Source of the DNA: a virus
Lineage: Duplodnaviria; Heunggongvirae; Uroviricota; Caudoviricetes
DNA: 64,000 bases
Virus record (IMG/VR): IMGVR_UViG_2939127364_000001
Direction: 5' to 3' (one strand)
Both the position numbers and the translations under genes were made by a program. This document shows, one piece after another, positions 47,553-56,258 of the stretch. The notes below the pieces were generated by a model. It made no database searches, was not told the DNA's origin, and saw only the letters and a program-made list of their open reading frames with translations. Position 1 is the stretch's first letter. Each line of letters begins with the position of its first letter.

Positions 47553-47948
47553 TTAAGCGAATACGCTTTCAGGGATTAAGGTGTCAGCAGGAATGCCGGA
47601 GGTAATGCGCAGGCCGTACTGACCAATCCAGGTAGTGTTGGTATTCAGGTTGGAGGCGAATACGGTGTTAACCATATTCATCATTGGTTCAAACACCTCT
47701 TCATCAACCTGGCGGAAGTAGTTCTCGATTTTCAGCAGCAGCGGGTCAGTTGCATCGAAAATAGACTGGTATTGAGTCGCGTACTCGCCGTCGGAGTCAT
47801 CACCTTTACGCACGATCGTACTGGCCTGTACTTCGGCGCCAGTTTCGGTGTTGTACGTAACAACGGTGATTTTTGCCACATTCTTACCTTCGGCGGTTTC
47901 AGAGGCATAGTAAACATCAACTGTCAGTTTTTCGCGTTTAATGGTCAT
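47553..47948 (-). CDS. Hypothetical protein
   Basis: Track ORF extends to 48014; ATG at 47948 is preceded by GGAGAG and lies downstream of a terminator and motif B. Confidence 0.45.
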   Translation of the reverse strand: MTIKREKLTVDVYYASETAEGKNVAKITVVTYNTETGAEVQASTIVRKGDDSDGEYATQYQSIFDATDPLLLKIENYFRQVDEEVFEPMMNMVNTVFASNLNTNTTWIGQYGLRITSGIPADTLIPESVFA

Positions 47949-47990
47949 TTCACTCTCCGTAGTGTATTGGTTATTTTTATATTCTATGAT

Positions 47991-48008
47991 CGTAAGTATG
48001 TACTTACA
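47991..48008. promoter_or_regulatory. Motif B near-palindrome
   Basis: cgtaagtatgtacttaca. Confidence 0.35.
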
Positions 48009-48011
48009 ATA

Positions 48012-48040
48012 CAAAAAAGCCCCGTAAGGATGGCGGGGCT
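48012..48040 (-). terminator. Rho-independent terminator (- strand)
   Basis: agccccg-...-cggggct followed by TTTTTT in - sense. Confidence 0.55.
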
Positions 48041-48074
48041 GTCGTACTGTCGACTAATTACCACTTGCACATTA

Positions 48075-48386
48075 TCAGGCTATTGCCATCACTGATGCTC
48101 TCTGAATCTCTTGCTGGGCCACGCGGTTAACTTCCATCAAAGCCAGTTCGAGCTGATGTTCCGGCCACATTCTTTGAAATGCCATCCAGCCTTTTCCACG
48201 CTGGCGACGAACATTCATTACATAACGAGTAAAGGTGTTTTTATCGAAAGACACCGCTGTTTCACGGAACAGACGAATAGAAGTTCCATTGGCAACGATG
48301 TCCAGGAAAGTTAATTGAGCAACCAGTGCAGGCTTCTCTTTTCTCTTCTGGTCTTTGTCCAGACCAAGAACCAATGATTTTTTCAT
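48075..48386 (-). CDS. Hypothetical early protein
   Basis: Track ORF begins with TTG at 48416 inside motif A; the ATG at 48386 is preceded by GGAG and by motif A. Confidence 0.5.
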   Translation of the reverse strand: MKKSLVLGLDKDQKRKEKPALVAQLTFLDIVANGTSIRLFRETAVSFDKNTFTRYVMNVRRQRGKGWMAFQRMWPEHQLELALMEVNRVAQQEIQRASVMAIA

Positions 48387-48396
48387 TACAACTCCG

Positions 48397-48413
48397 TAAA
48401 CGACTTGTTTTCT
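48397..48413. promoter_or_regulatory. Motif A upstream of 48075..48386
   Basis: taaacgacttgttttct. Confidence 0.4.
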
Positions 48414-48499
48414 CAATGGCGTAAATAATACCAGTAAGAAAACGGCTACAAAGCATATTGATCAGGTGCATGAGCGATATGCAGGTTCCTCCCTGCGGC

Positions 48500-48529
48500 T
48501 ATAGAGAAATTAAGCCAGCAATGCTGGCT
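48500..48529 (-). terminator. Terminator after 48540..48869 gene
   Basis: agccagc-aat-gctggct followed by a U-rich stretch in - sense. Confidence 0.45.
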
Positions 48530-48539
48530 TTGGTTAGGT

Positions 48540-48869
48540 TTACTCGAATACTTCAAGAAACTCCTGAACGTCCCAGTGCTGGACGAGGTGAAGATAGACC
48601 TTAGAAATAACGTCATTTTCGCTATCGCATGTGAAGTAGTACTTCTGGCTGCGGTTGTATGTGTCCACACAAAATTCGCTCATATCCATAAAGTCAGCAT
48701 CTTCACCCATGTCGCAAATCATCAAAGCAGGTGCGTCATCACGAGTCATCAGCTCAAGCACCCACCGCGAATTGATCAGAGTGGAAGACCAACCTTCCAG
48801 CTCATAGAACTGGTCAAACTCTTTTTGAGTCAATTTCTTGATTTGGTTGATGTCGATATTTGCAAACAT
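48540..48869 (-). CDS. Hypothetical early protein
   Basis: Track start 48890 overlaps motif A; the internal ATG at 48869 is more plausible. Confidence 0.5.
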   Translation of the reverse strand: MFANIDINQIKKLTQKEFDQFYELEGWSSTLINSRWVLELMTRDDAPALMICDMGEDADFMDMSEFCVDTYNRSQKYYFTCDSENDVISKVYLHLVQHWDVQEFLEVFE

Positions 48870-48880
48870 AAAGCAATCCT

Positions 48881-48897
48881 TAAACAACATGTTTTCT
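48881..48897. promoter_or_regulatory. Motif A upstream of 48540..48869
   Basis: taaacaacatgttttct. Confidence 0.4.
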
Positions 48898-49230
48898 TGA
48901 TGGTGTTATTATCGCAATAACGCACAGGCGAAAAAGGATTTTATTCCGGTGAATGTGGTTTTGGCAGTGAGTTTTCAGGTTCAGTACCGAGTACACTTTT
49001 TACATTATTCTGATTTAGTGGCCGAAGGTGGCTGGTGGGCAGAATAATCCTCTCCCCGAAAACCTACTGAAATCGATTGTGACCCGTTGGCTGTCTGGCA
49101 CAATTACGCTGTAACTGGGCATTCAGAGGGAATCCAGCGGTAAGTAAGTTCGCCTGCACGTGAGCGCCTCTCTTCTTCCCGCACATTACAGGTGGGTAGC
49201 CGCAACTCTCCCTATCGCTATACCGGTACG

Positions 49231-49372
49231 CCGCCGTTCCTGAACCGGCATCGAGCCTTTTCCCGAAATCCACACAGGCAACTCGACCGTTTCCCTGAAA
49301 ATCCCCAGCCGTTCCCCGAAGGCAACCCAGCCGTTTCTGTAGCGGGATGCAGCCTTTTCCCTGTATGGACCG
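49231..49372. repeat. Iteron-like cluster 2: six direct repeats at ~22-bp spacing
   Basis: Units starting near 49233, 49254, 49286, 49308, 49329 and 49351 (gccgttcc, agccttttcc, accgtttcc, agccgttcc, agccgtttc, agccttttcc); intervals 21, 32, 22, 21, 22. Confidence 0.55.
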
Positions 49373-49479
49373 AAGGCTAACCGTAGGGGTGTTACGGGGG
49401 ATAAAATCAGGAGTTGAATAAATACGAAAAAGGAGGCGACACCCCTCCTTCCCTCCCCACTTATACATACCTGTCTTGT

Positions 49480-50330
49480 TCGCTATACATGTTGTGTTTT
49501 CTTCGTGTTTTATCTGTCTCAACCTCTCTATAGGCGTTAATGCTCACTCCTTCCAGAATGTTCTATACGGCGACTATTTCTGTTGGTGAATTGGGTGTGT
49601 CGTTCTCTCTGTCGGTGTAAATGGTTTCGTTCGTTTTGCGGTGGTTCTTCTGTGGGGTGTTCTCGTCGTTTTGGTGATTGTTCTTCTCCGTCTATGGAGT
49701 AATGGCAGGTGGGCGATTCCTTTCGTTATTGTGTTTGAGTTGTTTGTCTGGAGTGTGTGAAAGGCTTTTGTAGTTATTCGTGTATTGGGTAATGGCGTTT
49801 CCCGTGATTGTTATGTTTCGTGTCTTTTGGGATTGAGAGAAACCTTGCGGTTACAGGCTTCGTTGGGGTTTCAGTGATTCTGGTGTTTCTTCGCTGTTTG
49901 GGTAATGGCGTGTCGTGGGTATCGCGCGTATGAATGTTTTCGGATTGCCTGTGAAAGTTAGGTTGGTTGTCCGGTAGCCTGGGAAGAAGAGGTGGGTCTT
50001 TTCGGTAGCCTGCCATAAAGAGGTTGGTTGTTTTGGGGAATGACATGTGTGTTATTTAGTTGTTTTGTTATGCCTGAAAATAAGTTGTTTATATGGTTGT
50101 GTAACGCAACGGGAACGATTTTGAGCGTGTGTTTTTGTTGGTAGTGTGTTGGATCGTCTGTGGTGAAAATTGGACGCTGTGGCGCTGTCTGCTGCGTAGA
50201 ATTACGGGTATAAGCAGTGATGTGTGAAAACGTCAATTTTTTAGACCAAATCGGGTGAAAGCGTTGATGTTTCGTTGATCTGTTATTCAGTTGTTTTCTT
50301 ATTGGTATAAACAACTATAACCTATTGATA
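49480..50330. other. GT-rich strand-asymmetric, apparently non-coding tract (~0.85 kb)
   Basis: + strand G+T about 80% by eye; no credible ORF on either strand; internal direct repeats (cggtagcctg... at 49972 and 50002; gtaatggc three times). Confidence 0.5.
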
Positions 50331-50433
50331 TTTAAGGATGTGATTGCAGGTATAGAATGGGGGTAGTGGCGATCAACGGATTCTTATAGAAAAGAATCAA
50401 ATTGTGACCGCCATTATCAATGAGTTGCAACCG

Positions 50434-51003
50434 TTAGTTGTTCAGATAAACATTTGGAACACGGACGTAGAAGTTCCTGTCGCCGGTAAGTTCCAGAGTA
50501 ATGTTAATGTCATTACCATTGTCTAGTGTAGCCGTTGCTCTATAGAACTTATCCGTCACCTTGTCCTCTATTGTCACCTTCATACATTTTGGTGCAGTCG
50601 AACCGTTATTCTCTTTCAGAATGGTCGTTACGAGAGGACAAGCCGCTTCTTCAAGAGCAACCTCTTTCTGGTGTGGGATACCGATGAAGATGTTACCAGC
50701 AAGCAACGCGACGATTACGATAAAAGGAAGTCGACTGCCTTTTGTAACGGTGGCACGTTTCCAGAGATAGACCGGAAGGAGAAATACTCCCCACAGGATG
50801 GCCGGTGGTTCATACCCTGCATCAGACAATGCCATTCTGTCAGCCACCAGAAAGCCGAGTCCAGCGACTCCACCTATCACTATTGCATAATTCAAATACT
50901 CATCTGGCGGCGCTCCAAAGAAGAGAGGCAGTAAAGCTAGAAGCCACGCATAAGCATTATTCAGAGGTTTTGTTTGTTGGTTCTGGGTTTCCATCACATC
51001 CAT
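50434..51003 (-). CDS. Integral membrane protein (hypothetical)
   Basis: 189 aa; 3-4 hydrophobic segments in the N-terminal half and a soluble C-terminal domain. Confidence 0.5.
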   Translation of the reverse strand: MDVMETQNQQTKPLNNAYAWLLALLPLFFGAPPDEYLNYAIVIGGVAGLGFLVADRMALSDAGYEPPAILWGVFLLPVYLWKRATVTKGSRLPFIVIVALLAGNIFIGIPHQKEVALEEAACPLVTTILKENNGSTAPKCMKVTIEDKVTDKFYRATATLDNGNDINITLELTGDRNFYVRVPNVYLNN

Positions 51004-51155
51004 TCCATCACATAAAAATCGCGTTTATATATTATCAATTTTCTCACTTGTATAACCTAAATACGCATCCGTTTATCAATCCACCTTCCACAAACATCAG
51101 CTTTAGCTATGAAAAATAACAATCTCAAAGTGAAAACCATTATCATAGGAAACGA

Positions 51156-51341
51156 TTAGATGAGATGGTCTAATTCATCATCTATCATTGCTTTAACACT
51201 TGAATCATTAACCCCGTATTGATTTATGAACCGTTTCAGCTCCGGTGAAAACTGAAGGTAGATATCGTGAGCGTTTTTCACTGTAGGTTCAACGCCACGC
51301 ATTTCAAGCGCCTTTAGTAGATATGAGTCTTCTTTAAGCAT
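51156..51341 (-). CDS. Small hypothetical protein
   Basis: 61-aa ORF in the same operon. Confidence 0.35.
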   Translation of the reverse strand: MLKEDSYLLKALEMRGVEPTVKNAHDIYLQFSPELKRFINQYGVNDSSVKAMIDDELDHLI

Positions 51342-51377
51342 AAATTCTCCGTTGTCTAGTATGAAGCGATTGCCGGA

Positions 51378-51677
51378 TTACCATTGCCAGCACTCTAGCC
51401 CTTCAACGACCGGTGCACCACAATCAAAATGTACAGAGTCAAAGCCTACATCAAGTACTTTCTGAATGTTAGCAATCGCGCCTTCGGATATACCATATCG
51501 ACGCAAGTCCTCTTTCCAGACATCATCCTGTAACCCGGCGTGGACAATACAACCGCCATCAATTTGTGAAACCCAATCCAGCTCATTGCTTGCGATCATG
51601 AATCGGCGAGCATCTTCCTCTGATGTATGAGATGAACTGATCAATGCCACCTGGTAGGCTTGGGTAATGTTCAACAT
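51378..51677 (-). CDS. Hypothetical protein (first gene of right-end operon)
   Basis: 99 aa; two copies of motif A upstream. Confidence 0.5.
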   Translation of the reverse strand: MLNITQAYQVALISSSHTSEEDARRFMIASNELDWVSQIDGGCIVHAGLQDDVWKEDLRRYGISEGAIANIQKVLDVGFDSVHFDCGAPVVEGLECWQW

Positions 51678-51690
51678 TTCAACAACTCCG

Positions 51691-51756
51691 AAACAATTTG
51701 TTTTCTTATGTGGCTTATTATCTCAATCAACAAAAGGTAGAAAACAAATTGTTTTA
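51691..51756. promoter_or_regulatory. Two copies of motif A at the right prophage end
   Basis: aaacaatttgttttct (51691..51706) and agaaaacaaattgtttta (51739..51756). Confidence 0.4.
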
Positions 51757-51794
51757 GGGTTTGTTAAAGTCAGAAGGGGTTGTGTCTATATGAA

Positions 51795-51822
51795 AATGCC
51801 CAGCGTGTTGCCGGGCATTGCG
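51795..51822 (-). terminator. metG rho-independent terminator
   Basis: aatgcccggc-aacac-gctgggcatt followed by TTTCAT in - sense, directly after the metG stop. Confidence 0.6.
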
Positions 51823-51838
51823 AACAGAGGTTGTTTAA

Positions 51839-53872
51839 TTACTTAACCTGGTGGCCTGGTTTAGCACCAGCATCCGGGCTTAACAGGAAGATATCTTTCC
51901 CGCCGGGGCCAGCAGCCATCACCATGCCTTCGGAGATACCGAAGCGCATTTTACGCGGAGCCAGGTTAGCCACCATAATGGTGTGACGACCAATCAGTGC
52001 CTGTGGGTCTGGATAAGCAGAACGGATGCCTGAGAAGACATTACGCTTTTCACCACCGAGATCCAGTGTCAGACGCAGCAGTTTGTCAGAACCTTCGACA
52101 AACTCCGCGTTTTCAATCAGCGCCACACGCAGGTCAACTTTGGCGAAGTCGTCAAAGGTGATGGTTTCCTGAATCGGGTCGTCAGCCAGTGGGCCAGTTA
52201 CCGGTGCAGCTGTGGCTTTCACTTCTTCTTTGGATGCTTCCACCAGTGCTTCCACCTGTTTCATATCGATACGGTTATACAATGCCTTGAACGGATTCAC
52301 TTTATGGCCCAGCAGCGGTTGCTGGATACCATCCCAGGTCAGTTCTGTATTCAGGAATGCTTCTGCACGTTCAGTCAGTTTCGGCAGTACCGGTTTCAAG
52401 TACGTCATCAGCACGCGGAACAGGTTAATGCCCATAGAGCAAATCGCCTGCAGATCGGCATCGCGTCCTTCCTGCTTCGCCACCACCCACGGAGCCTGTT
52501 CATCGACATATCGGTTAGCCAGGTCAGCCAATGCCATGATTTCACGGATAGCTTTACCAAATTCGCGGCTTTCCCATGCTTCGCCAATCACTTCAGCGGC
52601 ATCAGTAAAGGTTTTGTACAGTTGCGGGTCAGCCAGTTCGCTTGCCAGCACGCCGTCAAAACGCTTGTTGATAAAGCCTGCATTACGGGAGGCCAGGTTA
52701 ACCACTTTGTTCACGATATCGGCATTCACGCGCTGAACGAAATCCTCCAGGTTGAGATCGATATCATCAATGCGCGAAGAGAGTTTCGCAGTGTAGTAGT
52801 AACGCAGGCTGTCGGCGTCAAAATGATTCAGCCAGGTGCTGGCTTTAATAAAGGTGCCGCGAGACTTGGACATCTTCGCGCCGTTCACCGTCACATAGCC
52901 GTGAACAAACAGGTTGGTCGGCTTGCGGAAGTTGCTGCCTTCCAGCATGGCAGGCCAGAACAGGCTGTGGAAGTAAACAATATCTTTACCGATGAAGTGG
53001 TACAGCTCGGCTGTGGAGTCTTTCTTCCAGTATTCATCGAAGCTGGTGGTATCGCCGCGCTTGTCGCACAGATTCTTGAAGGAACCCATGTAGCCAATCG
53101 GCGCGTCCAGCCAGACGTAGAAATATTTGCCCGGCGCGTTCGGAATTTCAAAACCGAAGTAAGGCGCATCGCGGGAGATATCCCACTGTTGCAGGCCGGA
53201 TTCAAACCACTCCTGCATTTTGTTCGCCACCTGCTCCTGCAACGCACCGCTGCGGGTCCATGCCTGCAACATTTCGCTGAAAGAGGGCAGATCAAAGAAG
53301 AAGTGTTCGGAATCACGCATTACCGGGGTAGCGCCAGAAACCACCGATTTCGGCTCGATCAATTCAGTCGGGCTATATGTTGCGCCGCAGACTTCACAGT
53401 TATCGCCGTATTGATCTGGCGCTTTACATTTCGGGCAGGTGCCTTTCACAAAACGATCCGGCAGGAACATGCCTTTTTCCGGGTCGTACAACTGAGAGAT
53501 AGTGCGGTTTTTAATAAAACCGTTCTCTTTCAGGCGAGTATAGATAAGCTCAGACAGCTGGCGGTTCTCTTCGCTGTGCGTCGAGTGATAGTTGTCATAG
53601 CTGATGTTAAAGCCTGCGAAATCAGTCTGGTGTTCCTGACTCATTTCGCCAATCATCTGCTCCGGTGTGATACCAAGCTGCTGTGCTTTCAGCATGATCG
53701 GCGTACCGTGGGCATCGTCGGCACAGATGAAATTAACCTCGTGGCCGCGCATTCGCTGGTAACGAACCCAGACATCAGCCTGGATGTGCTCCAGCATATG
53801 GCCGAGGTGGATTGAGCCGTTAGCGTACGGCAGCGCGCACGTCACCAGAATTTTCTTCGCGACTTGGGTCAT
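51839..53872 (-). CDS. metG: Methionyl-tRNA synthetase
   Basis: 677 aa from [26 protein letters not shown] (HIGH-type motif), KMSKS present, C-terminal ...KPGHQVK; start set at ATG 53872 rather than the upstream-extended track ORF. Confidence 0.95.
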   Translation of the reverse strand: MTQVAKKILVTCALPYANGSIHLGHMLEHIQADVWVRYQRMRGHEVNFICADDAHGTPIMLKAQQLGITPEQMIGEMSQEHQTDFAGFNISYDNYHSTHSEENRQLSELIYTRLKENGFIKNRTISQLYDPEKGMFLPDRFVKGTCPKCKAPDQYGDNCEVCGATYSPTELIEPKSVVSGATPVMRDSEHFFFDLPSFSEMLQAWTRSGALQEQVANKMQEWFESGLQQWDISRDAPYFGFEIPNAPGKYFYVWLDAPIGYMGSFKNLCDKRGDTTSFDEYWKKDSTAELYHFIGKDIVYFHSLFWPAMLEGSNFRKPTNLFVHGYVTVNGAKMSKSRGTFIKASTWLNHFDADSLRYYYTAKLSSRIDDIDLNLEDFVQRVNADIVNKVVNLASRNAGFINKRFDGVLASELADPQLYKTFTDAAEVIGEAWESREFGKAIREIMALADLANRYVDEQAPWVVAKQEGRDADLQAICSMGINLFRVLMTYLKPVLPKLTERAEAFLNTELTWDGIQQPLLGHKVNPFKALYNRIDMKQVEALVEASKEEVKATAAPVTGPLADDPIQETITFDDFAKVDLRVALIENAEFVEGSDKLLRLTLDLGGEKRNVFSGIRSAYPDPQALIGRHTIMVANLAPRKMRFGISEGMVMAAGPGGKDIFLLSPDAGAKPGHQVK

Positions 53873-54029
53873 AGTAGGCATTACTTCTTTGTAGTGAAAA
53901 GGGGCTTGATAGTAACAAAATGGCCTTATGTCTGCCATGTGATAACAGCATTTCTCATAAATGATTAAATGTCGTAGCTGGAGTACACTACAAGGCGACA
54001 ATTGCGCAAATTAAAATAAAGGAGACGGG

Positions 54030-55130
54030 ATGAGCGAGTCCAAATCGCCGGATGCCCTGAGAGCAATGGTAGCCGGTACGCTGGCTAATTTTCAGCACCC
54101 AACCCTGAAACACAACCTGACTACGCTTAAAGCGTTACACCATGTTGCGTTGATGGATGACACACTGCATGTCGAACTAATCATGCCTTTCGTGTGGAAT
54201 AAGCCTTTTGAAGACCTGAAAGAGCAATGTAGTGGTGATCTGCTCCGTATCACTGGCGCAAAGGCTATTGACTGGAAGCTGTCGTACAACATTGCCACGC
54301 TTAAGCGCGTCAAAAACCAACCAGGCATTAATGGCGTTAAGAACATTATCGCCGTCAGCTCAGGCAAGGGCGGCGTGGGTAAATCCTCCACGGCGGTAAA
54401 CCTGGCACTGGCGTTGGCTGCTGAAGGTGCGAAAGTTGGTATTTTGGATGCCGATATCTATGGTCCATCAATTCCAACCATGCTGGGCGCGGAAAACCAA
54501 CGTCCAACCTCACCTGACGGTACTCACATGGCACCTATCATGTCTCATGGCCTGGCAACCAACTCTATTGGTTATCTGGTCACCGACGACAATGCAATGG
54601 TGTGGCGTGGACCGATGGCCAGCAAGGCGCTGATGCAGATGTTGCAGGAAACTCTATGGCCTGATCTGGACTATCTCGTTCTCGATATGCCGCCGGGCAC
54701 TGGTGATATTCAGTTGACGCTGGCGCAGAACATTCCTGTAACTGGTGCGGTTGTGGTAACTACGCCGCAAGACATCGCGCTGATCGATGCGAAGAAAGGC
54801 ATTGTGATGTTCGAAAAAGTCGAAGTGCCGGTACTGGGTATCGTCGAAAACATGAGTGTGCATATTTGCAGTAACTGCGGTCATCACGAGCCAATTTTTG
54901 GCACCGGTGGCGCACAGAAACTGGCCGAGAAATACAACACGCAGTTGTTAGGCCAAATGCCACTTCATATCTCTCTTCGTGAAGATCTGGATAACGGAAC
55001 ACCAACCGTTATTAGTCGTCCAGATAGCGAATTTACGGCTATTTATCGTGACCTCGCAGATCGCGTTGCCGCCCAAATGTATTGGCAAGGTGAAGTAATA
55101 CCTGGCGAAATCGCATTCCGCGCAGTGTGA
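54030..55130 (+). CDS. apbC: Fe-S cluster carrier ATPase ApbC/Mrp
   Basis: 366 aa; P-loop SGKGGVGKSS; CxxC motif ICSNCGHH; divergent from metG as in E. coli. Confidence 0.9.
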   Translation: MSESKSPDALRAMVAGTLANFQHPTLKHNLTTLKALHHVALMDDTLHVELIMPFVWNKPFEDLKEQCSGDLLRITGAKAIDWKLSYNIATLKRVKNQPGINGVKNIIAVSSGKGGVGKSSTAVNLALALAAEGAKVGILDADIYGPSIPTMLGAENQRPTSPDGTHMAPIMSHGLATNSIGYLVTDDNAMVWRGPMASKALMQMLQETLWPDLDYLVLDMPPGTGDIQLTLAQNIPVTGAVVVTTPQDIALIDAKKGIVMFEKVEVPVLGIVENMSVHICSNCGHHEPIFGTGGAQKLAEKYNTQLLGQMPLHISLREDLDNGTPTVISRPDSEFTAIYRDLADRVAAQMYWQGEVIPGEIAFRAV

Positions 55131-55166
55131 TAAAAGGCGGTGCATTGCACCGCCTAATCAGTTCTC

Positions 55167-55556
55167 CTACATCACGGGACAATCATCAAACTCGCCACTT
55201 CTTGCGTCGTTGATAATGTGAGTGATCACACCAAACACGGCATTGCTGCCCGTGCATCCATCGTCATCCTTTGGCAATGCTTCCTTCTTACCGGTTCTTA
55301 AATCCTCCAGATGCTGACGTGGGTACTTCCGGTATCTTTTTACGCGATATTCCCCATCCAGAGCGCATACAAGCAGAGAACCATCAACCGGGGTAAGTGA
55401 GGAATCGACCACCAGCAATGCACCCTGTAATATTCCCTCACGATGATGACTATCAGCTGCCCTCATGAAGTAGGTCGCTGAAGGATGTCTAATTATCTGC
55501 TGATCAAGAGAAATACGGCTCTCAGCATAATCCGCCGCAGGAGAAGGGAAGCCCAT
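55167..55556 (-). CDS. UmuD'-like S24 peptidase domain protein (lacks the N-terminal arm and cleavage site)
   Basis: 129 aa beginning MGFPSPAADY...HPSATYF...LLVVDS...DGEYRVKRY, aligning with UmuD from its Gly25 onward; convergent with apbC. Confidence 0.7.
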   Translation of the reverse strand: MGFPSPAADYAESRISLDQQIIRHPSATYFMRAADSHHREGILQGALLVVDSSLTPVDGSLLVCALDGEYRVKRYRKYPRQHLEDLRTGKKEALPKDDDGCTGSNAVFGVITHIINDARSGEFDDCPVM

Positions 55557-55574
55557 AGCGTTTTCACCTCAGAG

Positions 55575-55594
55575 TACTGTTTATCCATACAGTA
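55575..55594. promoter_or_regulatory. LexA (SOS) box
   Basis: tactgtttatccatacagta = CTGT-N8-ACAG, 20 nt upstream of the UmuD'-like start. Confidence 0.65.
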
Positions 55595-55654
55595 TACATT
55601 AAAGATGCTTGAAGTGTGCAATAGCGCGATGCTTTGCGCTCGTCTGGTGGCGCG

Positions 55655-55906
55655 TTATTTTTTGGCTATATCTTCTTTCTGATATACCGGATCGTTTCCT
55701 TTTGGCAGCAGGAGGCTTAACTGCCGGTAGTGCCGTAGCCGTTCCATGAAATAGGTGCGCAGGTTCTCAGGTTGCTCACGGGCTACCTGTTCCGCTATGA
55801 CGGGTATGTTCAATCGCTCTTTGTAGGCAACCCCCCTGGCAGCCAGGTCAACGTTAACTTTATTCCTTTCTTCCTGGCTTTTGGCTGCTATGTTCCAGTT
55901 GCTCAT
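55655..55906 (-). CDS. Small hypothetical protein
   Basis: 83-aa ORF upstream of the UmuD'-like gene, separated from it by ~100 bp containing the LexA box. Confidence 0.4.
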   Translation of the reverse strand: MSNWNIAAKSQEERNKVNVDLAARGVAYKERLNIPVIAEQVAREQPENLRTYFMERLRHYRQLSLLLPKGNDPVYQKEDIAKK

Positions 55907-56258
55907 GTTTAAGGCTCACATTTCCAGATGGTATTCTGAACACCCGTACCAGGCGCAAGATGAGGGTTAGCGTTCGCGCTATGCAGATATACAGCTTTAG
56001 ACTTTCCGTATTGCTGACAGGCTTTATCTGCGTTTTTTGGCAGGCTATCCAAGCCAATACCAGCCATCGAACTGGATGCTAACCTTTTCACCGTCATTGT
56101 ATTGCACCATCGCACACCCAGACATAGCTAAAATCGCACCGACAATACCGCTTTTCCAAAAAGCTCTAATTAGGTCATTCGTTACCTAATGTCCGAACTG
56201 CTAAAGCATCCAAGTTGCTGTAGAATCACATCCAATTACTTAAACCTGAAATAAGTGG

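Larger units (their letters stand above)
1..51770. mobile_element. Siphovirus-type prophage (partial, continues past window start); lambda-like tail module plus plasmid-like maintenance genes
   Basis: Contiguous phage replication, tail, head and terminase genes; the recurring AAACAA/TTGTTT motif extends to ~51,756; the metG terminator starts ~51,795. No integrase in window. Confidence 0.7.

Noticed and set aside
45331-49372. Possibility that the GCCGTTTCC repeat clusters are a CRISPR array
   Set aside because: Repeats are only ~9-12 bp, degenerate, spaced ~22 bp with no spacer-like unique segments of CRISPR size, and no cas genes are present; iteron-like binding sites fit better.
49064-50314. 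ORFs (152, 90 and 118 aa on - strand; 62 aa on +) in the iteron and GT-rich region
   Set aside because: They overlap each other in different frames, are Pro/Thr/His/Asn-rich with no hydrophobic core, and coincide with repeats; treated as non-coding.
48900-51838. Search for an integrase, excisionase or tRNA at the prophage-metG junction
   Set aside because: None found; the junction region contains only small unknown genes, repeats and the metG terminator, so no att site is called.
52304-53815. 503-aa + strand ORF antisense to metG, and the upstream extension of the metG track ORF to 54001
   Set aside because: metG identity is unambiguous on the - strand; the true start is the ATG giving MTQVAKK at 53872, and the antisense ORF is an artefact.
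55860-56115. Two small - strand ORFs (65 and 68 aa) between the 83-aa gene and hsdM
   Set aside because: They overlap the 83-aa gene or the hsdM upstream region, have no ribosome-binding context, and are more likely non-coding promoter sequence for hsdM.
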